Assembly: GCA_040954595.2 (NCBI GenBank)
Contig: CM082589.2
Span: 10,118,894 to 10,182,893, forward strand
DNA from: Balanoglossus misakiensis
Lineage: Eukaryota > Animalia > Hemichordata
Direction: 5' to 3'
DNA length: 64,000 nt
The translations under genes and the position numbers were made by a program. A model generated the notes under the pieces. The model saw nothing but the letters and a program-made list of their open reading frames with translations, was not told where the DNA came from and searched no databases. Shown in pieces: positions 54,067 through 63,660 of the stretch (the stretch's first letter is position 1; the number at the start of each line of letters is the position of its first letter).

Positions 54067-55671
54067 TGTAGTCATGCAGAATTAATTTTATGTGTTCTAA
54101 ATAATTATTTTAGCTTATCTTTGTTGGAAATAATTTTGCCAACATCTCGAATTATTTTTACGTGTAGACTCGAATTAATTTCAGGTGTAGTGTCGAATTA
54201 ATATCACGTGTTTTGTCGAATTAATTTCACGTGTTGTGTCGAATTAATTTTACATTGTGTCAAATTAATATTGCCCCCACAATCCTTTGCGCTTAAATCA
54301 AGATGGCGGCGGCTGAGCATGTCTTTCTCGCCGCATAAAGTTCGAAAAAGGGGCCGTTGTACAAGTTGTGAGACGTTTTGGGGGGAATTCAATGTTTTTA
54401 ATTATTTTTTGTAGTCATGCAGAATTAATTTTATGTGTTCTAAATAATTATTTTAGCTTATCTTTGTTAGAAATAATTTTGCCAACATATCGAATTCTTT
54501 TTACGTGTAGACTTGAATTAATTACAGGTGTAGTGTCGAATTAATATCATCTTTTACAAGATAGATAGGTGATGTGTTTTGCTCTGTGAAAGAAAATGGA
54601 GGGGGAGGGTGTTTAAAATTTTGGCAGTTCGGAAGGGGGATTTGTAAATATTTCGGGTTGTGTCGGGGGGAGGGGGGGGGGCATGTGAAAATTAGCGGTA
54701 AAATTTTTTAATTCTCTCGCCCACCCCCCCCCCCCCCACCCTCCAATGGTGTTTGTGAATGCAGCCTACAGAGGAGGTGGAGACTTCGGGGTCTGCCCCT
54801 TTACTATCTATGCCCCACACCCTATCTTATCAGTTGTAAATCTAGAATGCAAGCTATCATTAAATATGGTTATGTAGAGAGAGACTTTGTCTTTTTAATT
54901 TAAATTTATTTAAACAAAACTTGAGTTTACAAGGAAATTTTAAGGAATATTTTATTCGCCGTTTCCTGGGATCTGGGCCCTACAGCTATTTCTTAGTTCT
55001 GAAAATAACAAATTAACACAATTTTTGTATGTTCAGATGTCAAAATTTATTCAATCAAGGCGAATTGGCAACGCGGGGCAACAGCTTGCTCTGTGTACAG
55101 GTCTGTGTGTTCCCGCCATGACACGGCCTCCACGCCAAGAACACTGTACGCAGAGCTGGGCTATACCATAGCAAGGCTGGCGATTACACCAACTGGTAGT
55201 GGTTTTGAGTGGTTTGACTAGAAAATTCTGTCTGTAGACCAAAACTCGTGGACCGATCGCCGTTTTCGAGCACACTGCATTTATATTGGACAGCAAATCG
55301 CCCCAAAACGTTTCACAACTTGTACAACGGCCCCTTTTTTAACTTTATGCGGCGAGAAAGACATGCTCAGCCGCCGCCATCTTGATTTACGCGCAAAGGA
55401 TTGTAAGGGCAATATTATTTGACAACGTGAAATTAATTCGACACAACACGTGAAATTAATTCGAGTCTACACATAAAAATAATTCGAGATGTTGGCAGAA
55501 TTATTTCTAACAAAGATAAGCTAAAATAATTATTTAGAACACATAAAATTAATTCTGCATGACTACAAAAAAATAATTAAAGCACATAAAAAATAATTCT
55601 ATATACTGGTAAAATTAATTCTAACATGTTTTATTAATAAACTACAATTTTGACCAGAACGGGCCCTCATA
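54067..55671. mobile_element. Long inverted repeat pair, probably DNA-transposon termini with 23-bp subterminal repeats
   Basis: 54067-54383 is the near reverse complement of 55301-55567. A third partial direct copy lies at ~54395-54549. A 23-bp unit (GTCGAATTAATTTCACGTGTTGT-like) starts at 54146, 54169, 54192, 54215 and 54238. Confidence 0.75.
54595..54768. mobile_element. G/C-run MITE remnant with Harbinger-like end
   Basis: G-runs then C-runs, ending GTTTGTGAATGCAGCC|TA. Only one end recognised. Confidence 0.35.
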
Positions 55672-56782
55672 GATACCGGTAGTACATGTAACTTTGGGTG
55701 TTTTTCTCAATGTTTATAATGTGTTTTGATTGCCTGTTCTACTTGTTTCTGAACATAGTTAAAGCTTCATTAGCTGTAACTTTTCACTTTGTTTTCAGTA
55801 TTTTTGTTTTAAGTATTTACTGCAGTGTCTTCTTCAGATCCCTGAATCATGATGAAATATAGGTGTGTCTGTTCAGTATTGTTATTGTGAATTTGAATTC
55901 AAGTCTGGACTAGAATTCATTTCAATAGCCGTTACACACATACAGGTTATGCTGACAAGTGGAGTTCTGTGTAGAGCATGTGTAACAGTTAATGTCCCTT
56001 TAAATATCACATACATACATCTGTCTAGTTTTGTACATGCAACTCACACGTATGTTATATTTATTGATTGACTGTCAAATATCATCCTGTTGTTTGATTA
56101 AATGTAAATGTTGTATGTTGTAGAATAGAAAGCACAATTCTTCTAGTTCCATAGATATCAGTGCTCATTTTAAAGCTGAAAGTGACATTTTCAACACTAA
56201 ATGCAAGGAAATGTAACTAAATATTTTAATTTTGCAGTCAAAATGCAACACAGTCAGCTCCGAACTGCATTTAAAATCCAAACACATGGTGTTATATTCT
56301 TGGTAATAAGCAAAGATCTGTATCCTATCCACAAAGTATATATCATACACACAGTATTATCTTAATAACTATAATACAGCTATGAAATTGCTAGAAACAT
56401 TGTAATATTTGGATGAATTTAAAGAAAAATAATTATATTTATATTAACAGTATGTAAAAGTTACGAAGATTTAGCGTTGAATGATGTTGTGATGTCTGTA
56501 AGAGCTGTTCCAATACAAGGTGAACGAATTTCAAAACCTTTTGTTCAATCAACCTTTCTACTGACCTGTGATTCCAAAAGTTATTGAAATATCATTACAC
56601 ATTTACCTGTATATAGTGCAGACTATAAATAGAGCACACTCTGGAAAGGAGTTATGTAATTAATATCTCTATCATGTGAGTGACATCATTTTAAGGGCCA
56701 CTGACCACCCCACCTGTGACAATTTGCTAGGGGGTGCGAACATCTCAACAGGAGGTGAATCCCTCCATGCCATGTCTGGGTA

Positions 56783-56817
<35 letters not shown>

Positions 56818-56879
56818 CTTTCATTCATTCATTCAGTGAGTCAGTCAGTTAGTCAGTCAGTCAGTCCGTCAGTCAGTCA
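56783..56879. repeat. Compound tetranucleotide microsatellite (GATT)n-(CATT)n-(CAGT)n
   Basis: Directly visible in the sequence. Confidence 0.95.
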
Positions 56880-57201
56880 TATTAATTAATTCATTAAGGC
56901 ATATAAACGATATAGCTAGCCTATTGTGATAGGAATGGGCTAACACCCTTGTCATATAAACTTTGGCGAAGCGATCCCAAGCTCAGCTAAGGTAGATGGG
57001 AGGGACCTGAATCACATGTGCCCATCATAATGAAAGCTGCCAACCCTCTTAGAATGATACTACGGCCTATACGTTGATCACCTGATCGCATCGCCCTGTC
57101 ACACTTGGCTATGGGCTACTGTTCATGTATGATAAAGGGGTTATTACACTAAGTTTGGTCGATAACGTGACGCATCCTCGTGATGTCCATAATATGGACA
57201 T

Positions 57202-57466
57202 CCCTTACGAAAAAAGGGCCTGCTGCAAACTCCTCCCGCAAATCTGCAGCAGGATTCTGCGAACTCACTGCAAACTGCTGCTGCAAAGTGGCAAACAGTC
57301 CTGATTTTACCATGCAAATTAGGGGACTTGCAAATTTGTTGCAAACTTCCAGCAACAAGATTTTGAATACTGCAGTGAGTTCACAGGAATTTGAATACTG
57401 CAGTGAGTTCACAGCAATCAAGATTGCCACCTTGAAAATTTGAACATTGCAGTGAGTTTGCAGCAA
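57202..57466. mobile_element. Internal transposon-end-like segment with direct and inverted GCAAACT/TGCAGTGAG subrepeats
   Basis: Starts CCCTTACGAAAAAAGGG. TGCTGCAAACTC (57221) is inverted relative to GAGTTTGCAGCA (~57454-57465). TTTGAATACTGCAGTGAGTTCACAG is duplicated in tandem. It directly follows the palindrome ATGTCCATA-A-TATGGACAT (57183-57201). Confidence 0.5.
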
Positions 57467-57679
57467 GACAATTAACTAGGGGTACCATTGAACCACCCAC
57501 CCCCACCCCCCATAAAACCTCAGAGACAAGCAAACTATAATTAACAGTTTTTATTTTAAAAAAAATCTATTTTAATCACAGGGTTAAGAAATCTAAAAAA
57601 TCAACATGGTAAAACTACACACTACAAAAATTGGTTTTCAAAAAATAAAAAAGCTACACTACAAATATAAACACCACAA

Positions 57680-57845
57680 CTTGCTCCTCTGCAAAAAATG
57701 TTTTTCCAATATAAAAAACTACACTACAAACAACTTGCTACTCTAATTTTTTTTCAATATAAAAAAAACTACACTACAAACTTGCTACTCTACAATTTTT
57801 TTCCAATATAAAAAACTACACTACAAACTTCCTACTCTACTACAC
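57680..57845. repeat. Minisatellite, ~47-50 bp unit x ~3.5
   Basis: CTTGCTACTCT...TTTTCCAATATAAAAAACTACACTACAAA repeated; lies in the predicted 3' UTR of the minus-strand BEN-like gene. Confidence 0.85.
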
Positions 57846-58580
57846 TCTGTTTTTATTTAAGACAGCCCGTTTGCATGTGGCGCATTTCGCGTTGAATGCA
57901 TGGATCAGCTCTTTTGTTGACATCTTCAGTTTGTTGACACCAAATACTGAAAAAGAGAAGAATAAACACATATCAGTTACACCATGCAGTAATAAGGAGA
58001 AGATTGCCAAGCATAATTGTTACATATGCAGTTGCCCAATACGAGTAATTTCCACCAACCGGAAGTCACACAATTCAACTAAAATTCAGGAAAAAAACTT
58101 AATATCATTCAGGTACAAAAACTGTTGACCTAACTGATAAATTTCATCGAGTGTATTTGTAGTAGATGGTCAGAACAAATAAAATGAAATGTATAAGGAT
58201 GAGATGCACCTTTATAATGATATTTATTTTGAATCCAGTGAATATGGGATAGCCAATCAAAGAATTTCACTCCAGGGACATGCAAAAAATGTCATTATCA
58301 TAGAATACAATCATTTCGACATTTTAAAGAAACCTTTTACTTACAAGTCAGTGCCGTTACAACATGCTGGTAGGGTGTTCCAATAAATGCGCTGGTATTC
58401 TTCCCGCTCAGTTGTTCGGGTTTTAAACAACCCATCCATCAGCTTTTTTATGACGTAAGATGGCGGCTTGTTCTTGCATCTACCTAAAGTTATGCTCAAC
58501 CAGGCAGATGGAATCGCTACGTTGGAGTTGGAAAGCCGTTCATATTGCAGTGGCAGAGGCTCGCCCTCGTCTAGAATCAC
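57840..58580 (-). pseudogene. BEN-domain-like gene, last two exons (58580-58345 and 57946-57840), with a 1-nt frameshift
   Basis: Canonical sites tttcaatcag|GTG...GACTT|gtaagt and ctctttttcag|TA...TAG. Removing one base at ~58421-58424 gives VILDEGEPLPLQYERLSNSNVAIPSAWLSITLGRCKNKPPSYVIKKLMDGLFKPEQLSGKNTSAFIGTPYQHVVTALTLFGVNKLKMSTKELIHAFNAKCATCKRAVLNKNRV*. LMDGLFxxEQL and IxAFNAKCxxxKR resemble BEN-domain motifs, and the exon phases then agree. Confidence 0.7.
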
Positions 58581-58915
58581 CTGATTGAAATTAAAAAGAG
58601 TACCAATAATTATTACATTGGTGTGAAAGTCATTTAGTACTCACAAAATTCAATCCCCACTTACTTACAAAGAGAAGGCTAAATGATTGCATTCAGAATA
58701 AACATGACCTATGTCAACAAATTCATTGAGAAAAAAAAATGTTTCCCTGTTAAAAGCAACAAATTTACATAATTAAACTGTGTATTAAAATGCAAGCATG
58801 GGATAACATGAGGTACTAAAGAGAAGGGGTGTATTATGCATGTATATACTGACGTGGACTGGGGGGATGCAGAAGTGTGAGCGATGGCGTGCTTACATGA
58901 AGAACTGACACTTAC

Positions 58916-59025
58916 ATAGTTTGCCCTGGGAATGATTTACCCTCGTTTGGGCGTGTAATGACTATCCTCAGAGAAGCCTTTTGATGCACAGGTGTGTACA
59001 CAGCACTGGCGTGTTTTCTCAGCTT
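58916..59025 (-). pseudogene. Candidate upstream exon of the BEN-like gene
   Basis: ttttgcag|AAG...TAT|gtaagt (110 nt). The frame that joins the next exon reads AEKTRQCCVHTCASKGFSEDSHYTPKRG*IIPRANY, with one in-frame stop. Confidence 0.4.
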
Positions 59026-59571
59026 CTGCAAAATAATAGTAACAAATTGAGTCGCACAAATGCACCCACTATTTCTTGCTATTTCATATTTCATTCAAAT
59101 GTCTGCAACAACATATACTGTGCACATAACAGCCCCCCCCCCCCCATGCACTGTTCCAATTACAAGACCTACCCCAATTCTTACTGGCACCATGGACTTA
59201 TACCACTTATACAATGATGCAACAGGCTTATCTTTTTATAGACACCTGACATTAGAAAGACCTTGTATGTATACCACTCTATTCTGACAAAAATGCAAGT
59301 TAATCAACATCACATATAAAATAATATAATATGAATAGAATAAAACCGATTCACAAAATATCAAATAGCTACTTGTTAGGCATTTGATTTTAAGTTGGAT
59401 GGTGTTTGTGTATTGCAGAGGGATGTTTGTGTGCAGTAATCACGCTGTACATACCATGCAAGTTTGGCATACTATCACTCAAATATGACGCGTTATCGAC
59501 CAAACTTAGTGTAATAACCCTTAAGTAACACCCTCTTATTTTAAAGAAAACTCATTATTGAAGCCCATTAA

Positions 59572-59656
59572 CCCTTTCACAACCAAGGTTCAGTCTAAAC
59601 CCATTGTTATCTATGAAAAGGTTCGACCTGTATAGAAGGAACTGGGGGTGAAAGGG
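59572..59656. mobile_element. 85-bp piggyBac-like mini element
   Basis: TTAA|CCCTTTCAC ... GTGAAAGGG|TTAA: TIRs plus TTAA target-site duplication. Confidence 0.75.
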
Positions 59657-59820
59657 TTAAAGGGACAAAGTCTCAGTTTTGTCCTTTGACTCACTGGCTT
59701 TTATTAGAGGTTCCTACCTTTAAATGTTTCATAAAATGTTTAATCAAATCTGTCTACAATCAGAGTAGACATTGTTTACATACACCTTTTGTTAAATAAT
59801 TGTACTGCGTTGTATTTCAG

Positions 59821-59919
59821 ATTTTTGTCAGGAGCAGGTGAGAAATACGGTATGATTTCTGAAGGTCTGAGTACTGCATTGCAGTTATTTGACGATATGA
59901 AGACTTTGCGATTTTCAAG
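59821..59919 (+). CDS. MED25: Mediator subunit 25 VWA-domain exon (isolated; partial duplicate or pseudogene fragment)
   Basis: tgtatttcag|A...AG|gtaatt, 99 nt, phase 2-2. The only open frame is [32 protein letters not shown], matching recalled human MED25 [32 protein letters not shown]. Confidence 0.85.
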
Positions 59920-60067
59920 GTAATTATGGTAAAATTGTGAGGTTAAAAACCATTCTCTAATTATGGGCCCCACTTTTTGAGGTGGTTTATCTGTTTATGT
60001 AAAGCTCACCATGTCAACCAGGAAATGATTCGATACCGACAGTGGAGTACAACTGATGTGCGAAGTA

Positions 60068-60593
60068 CATTGAAACCTGCCAAGTAAGGGCACCTCTGGG
60101 ATCACACAACATGTCCTTTAAGGGATACAGGCTCTCTCTCTCGCTCGCTGCCCCTTATTCCATTAATTATATTTGATACAAGACACCATTTATGTTTTTT
60201 CTACATGTGGATATATGGTGAATCAATATTCAACCACACACAAAGTCCATCCTGCTTGTGGACATGAGAGTGAAAAAAATCGCCAAAATGAATAATCAGT
60301 CTCTACCATTTATTCGTTTTGGGTGAGTTTTTACTCCCATATCATACACGCGGGATGGAAGTTGTGTATGGTTGAATGTTCATTCACTACATATACACAT
60401 GTACATTAACATAAACAGTGTCTTGTATCAAACATTATTAATGGAAAAAAGGGCAGCGAGAGAGAGACTTTGTCCCTTTAAAAGAGAGGTGTCCTTAAAA
60501 GAAATGTGCATGTAATATTCTATTCAAGCCATTACTTTTGTCTTGAACAATCTGTCCTGATTAGAGAGATGTCTGTATTGACAGGTTTCACTG
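60068..60593. mobile_element. Tc1/mariner-pogo-like MITE interrupted by a nested foldback element
   Basis: TA|CATTGAAACCTG ... CAGGTTTCACTG|TA. Confidence 0.75.
60121..60477. mobile_element. Foldback MITE with TTAA target site (Kolobok-like termini)
   Basis: AGGGATACAGGCTCTCTCTC...GAGAGAGACTTTGTCCCT with TTAA at each end. The arms pair imperfectly over ~170 bp (e.g. TTTGATACAAGACAC / GTGTCTTGTATCAAA; CGCTGCCC / GGGCAGCG). Confidence 0.8.
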
Positions 60594-61613
60594 TATTATC
60601 AACATTTTCAGTTTCATAATCCTTCTGTGTTTGCCAGAGAATTTTGACAGCAGTCAAAAGCTTTCTCTGCCATACCCATAATAAAAGAAAGCTTGCACCT
60701 GTGTTTTACTGTTTTCAAAGGGGAAATCCGGTCCAGCTGATTTTCTACATAATTTGGTAGCTTTGAGGTCACTCTTTCAGAAAAAAAAACATATTCGTCA
60801 AGTATAAGTCGTCAGGTATTTTACAAAATCGAGGGAAAGTTGGCAGAATTTATAATATGGCCTTAACTGTAATTTGAATCATGGGAAAAAAAGCGCCAGG
60901 ACCAACTTCCATCCACCTTGGTGTGGGTGATACCATTTTCCAATGGGTGTAACTGCGTGACGGCTTGGGTATCTGTTGCTGAGCAAATATTTGAAATCAT
61001 ACAATCCAGATTCTAAAGTTCACAGGACAAATATACAACATGTTTACATGGCCATTTACAACCAATTCATCCTATTGTGGTGATGTACAAAACCTTTTTT
61101 GTGGTTTGTTAAAGTTTTCATTACTCTAAATGGGTACTTCCATAAAATGGTAGTAATATATTTATTAATATTTATTACACATCACATATTATTATTCGCT
61201 CTGGCTTTTTTGTCAAATTTTCAAATAAAAAAGGCAGTTATAACTTTGATGGGACCAAGAAAAGATTTTGCCATAGGATATCAAAAGGACACTTTCATTG
61301 TTTTTATGAACTGTTGTTTTTCTGTTCTATAAAAGATGCAAATTGTTCTACTCCATTTTTGGGTCAAAAAATATTTTCATCAGATTGGTTTGAGGGTTAG
61401 ATGTTGTAGCTAATAGTGTAAAGGCCATGATTGTTTTTGTTCACAAATATATTCAATTACAATGTATCATTATTATGCAGTTTTACCAATGTTGAGAGGC
61501 TTTCCTTGTCAACTGGCCTGTGTGTATGCATCAAATCCTTCATGTAAAAGGTCAAAGCAGAAAGTATTTCTAACAATGATTAGACTAAAGCAGGAGACTT
61601 TTGAGGAGAGTTT

Positions 61614-61760
61614 GAGGAGACATCATGGCCTTGTGGTGAGGGCACAGGGTTGTGGGTTCAAGAACCAGACCTGGACATGGCCGTGGGTTTTGAGGATGGT
61701 GACTTCATGACCGCGATATTGTGCCCTTGAGCGCAGCACTTTACCTCTCATTGTTTTGGA
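61614..61760 (+). mobile_element. tRNA-derived SINE 5' fragment
   Basis: Box A-like TGGCCTTGTGG (61626) and box B-like GGGTTCAAGAACC (61654), followed by TTGTGCCCTTGAGCGCAGCACTTTAC, resembling the conserved post-tRNA motif of metazoan SINEs. Confidence 0.65.
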
Positions 61761-61850
61761 GGAACTGGCTTTGTATACTAGTGATCTGCACCTGTTCCAG
61801 TCATTCTATCCTAGGTAGACATATTTTCTTTGTTTGCAATAGATGAATTA

Positions 61851-62040
61851 CTGTCAAACAGGAAATTATTGTGAACTTCGCGAGAACCAAAAAATGCAAA
61901 TTAAAAGTCACGTAAAAATGTTTTTCAGGGATATTGGTGCAGTTAGTGAAATATAAGAAAGCAAAATTTAAGTGTAGCATAACAGTTGTCTCTATTGATA
62001 TTGCAAACATTTCCTGTCACAGAAATTTCCCGTTTTACAG
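61851..62040. mobile_element. 190-bp MITE with TA target-site duplication
   Basis: TA|CTGTCAAACAGGAAATT ... AATTTCCCGTTTTACAG|TA (17-bp TIR, 2 mismatches). Confidence 0.75.
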
Positions 62041-62075
62041 TATATAAATAAATCAACTAAATATTTTTACTACAG

Positions 62076-62337
62076 GTGCCGCACCAACAAGTCATCTGTC
62101 ACTTGGACAACCAAGTCAAATTGGAAGTCAGTCTCCACAACAACTGTCATCCTCTCAACAGTAATTGACTCAACCAAGTCAGCCCCAGATGCAGGGCCAA
62201 GGTCAAAGGTCATCAATGCCTTTTGGTCAGCCTACCAGTTTACCCAACCAACCAGTATCCGCTGTCACAGCAAACAGGACACAACAACCAAATGTGACTG
62301 TTTCATTTATCCCATTGAGACAATTTTCATCACCCAG
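62076..62337 (+). pseudogene. Q/S/P-rich exon, probably MED25 linker-derived; disrupted in that frame but open in a shifted frame
   Basis: ttttactacag|GT...CCCAG|gtacag, 262 nt. The Q/S/P frame (AAPTSHLSLGQPSQIGSQSPQQLSSSQQ*LTQPSQPQMQG...) has TAA at 62162-62164 and exits in phase 2. The phase-2-entry frame (CRTNKSSVTWTTKS...IETIFITQ) has no stop and exits in phase 0. Confidence 0.65.
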
Positions 62338-62763
62338 GTACAGTTGTGGTCTACCTTCTACTTTATTATATAATAAAATAGCCGTTTCTAGTTACCCATC
62401 CTGTGAATTGAAAGCTTTTTATGACTGTTTCACATAGCCTTGTCTAACCATTATCTTTACAGTTGACTATTGTTTCAAAACAAATTCAAAACTTCTGTTT
62501 TGGTTGCTAGAAACCCACTCTGTAAATGCTAAGACTTTTTTGGATAATGCCACAGACTCAGTAATCAAATTCAATTTTTAATGTGATTAATGTTGATAAG
62601 CCCTAAAACTCAATCCCATCCAAATGTGTGTTGAAAATAGGACTTTGAGAGTTGCAAGCTCAACATCGAATCAAAAATTGCAGTCATGAATTAAAAATGG
62701 GGTTTTGAATACTGGCCTTGATAATGCTCCATATTAACTAGGTTTGTTAATCTTTTTGGACAG

Positions 62764-62947
62764 GCAACTTCACCTCCAAAGATGACTTCCCAGCAGGCAC
62801 CAGCTGCTGCACTGAAAGCCACAGAGGGTGTCATGCAAATGGCAAATGCTAGTCAGTTCAGTAAGATGCCACCAATTGCTGCTGTGAATTCTATCAACTC
62901 ACAGCCACAGGAGAGATGGCCAGGTACAGATTCACAGCCACAAAGAG
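62764..62947 (+). CDS. Low-complexity exon, possibly MED25 synapsin-like (SD1) region
   Basis: tctttttggacag|GCA...AGAG|gtaggt, 184 nt, phase 0-1, open: ATSPPKMTSQQAPAAALKATEGVMQMANASQFSKMPPIAAVNSINSQPQERWPGTDSQPQR. Only weak resemblance to recalled MED25 SAAQVAAQNAVEAAK...RFSPI. Confidence 0.6.
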
Positions 62948-62954
62948 GTAGGTA

Positions 62955-63287
62955 CAGTCAAACCTGTCTATACTGGCCAGACAGGGGACTTTCCTAGCTG
63001 GCCTTTATAGAAAGGTGGCCTCTACAGTCAGGTCATTTAATGTGCAATGTGTAATATATTGCTATATTATTGTGGGCTTATACCAGAGTGATTAGACGAC
63101 ACAGGACATGTGTGTACAAACTAGACAGCCATGCTGTTTTTTTATTGCCAACTGCACATGCTCACTCGTTCAGCCTCGTACACTGCAAATTTATACATAA
63201 CAGTAAATACCAATACCTAACACAATGTATATGGACTGTAACAGAGTAGCCACTATATAGAGGTGGCACCTAACACGGGTTTGACTG
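62955..63287. mobile_element. Tc1/mariner-pogo-like MITE
   Basis: TA|CAGTCAAACCTGT ... ACGGGTTTGACTG|TA; internal AGGTGGC motifs. Confidence 0.75.
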
Positions 63288-63537
63288 TAACATCTGTTAT
63301 GTTGCCATGGCAGTCATTTACTGTTAATTTGATTATACAGAGGAAAAAATATTCCAGTTCCCTTTCTTATATCCTCATATCAGTGGCAGAGTACGCCAGT
63401 GTCACTGTAAAATTTTGTCGACATTTTTGCTAAGTTAGCTGTAGTAGCTGTTGGCTATTTTTTCTGTATTTTTAATCCAAGGAATTAAAGTGAATTCAAT
63501 GCTTGTAAATAATTTCTAATTTCTTCTTACCCTCCAG

Positions 63538-63660
63538 ATATGAATGAATGTCACAGTGGTGGATATGCATGTCAACACTATTGTCAGAATACCCATGGTA
63601 GTTATCTCTGCACTTGCAGACCAGGATTCTATCTGCTGGAGGATGGCCATGCATGTGCCG
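63538..63660 (+). CDS. Calcium-binding EGF-like domain exon
   Basis: ttcttaccctccag|AT...G|gtatgt, 123 nt, phase 1-1. Reads (D)MNECHSGGYACQHYCQNTHGSYLCTCRPGFYLLEDGHACA: six cysteines, DxNEC start and the CxNxxGSYxC hydroxylation consensus. Confidence 0.93.

Larger units (their letters stand above)
57138..59520. mobile_element. Non-autonomous TIR DNA element (~2.4 kb) carrying a BEN-domain-like gene remnant
   Basis: Perfect 30-bp TIRs: GGGTTATTACACTAAGTTTGGTCGATAACG (57138-57167) and CGTTATCGACCAAACTTAGTGTAATAACCC (59491-59520). Flanks are TAA-AG and T-TAA (possible TAA duplication, imperfect). No transposase seen. Confidence 0.85.

Noticed and set aside
55037-55100. Possible exon after ttcag within the inverted-repeat spacer
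   Set aside because: Weak donor (GTCTGT), no homology, and probably transposon-internal sequence.
56451-56519. Possible 69-nt exon (CKSYEDLALNDVVMSVRAVPIQ)
   Set aside because: Plausible AG/GT ends, but open only as phase 1-1, which does not fit the phase-2 neighbours; no recognisable homology.
52956-57466. Stand-alone ORF-track ORFs in the unique region (e.g. 52956-53156, 53495-53680, 54208-54414, 57144-57466)
   Set aside because: Short, without recognisable motifs, and several overlap repeat elements; consistent with chance ORFs.
60620-61400. Further degenerate MITE-like sequence
   Set aside because: Looks repeat-derived, but I could not find paired TIRs or a TSD.
61614-61670. Functional tRNA gene
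   Set aside because: A/B-box-like motifs are present, but there is no full cloverleaf and a SINE-type body follows.
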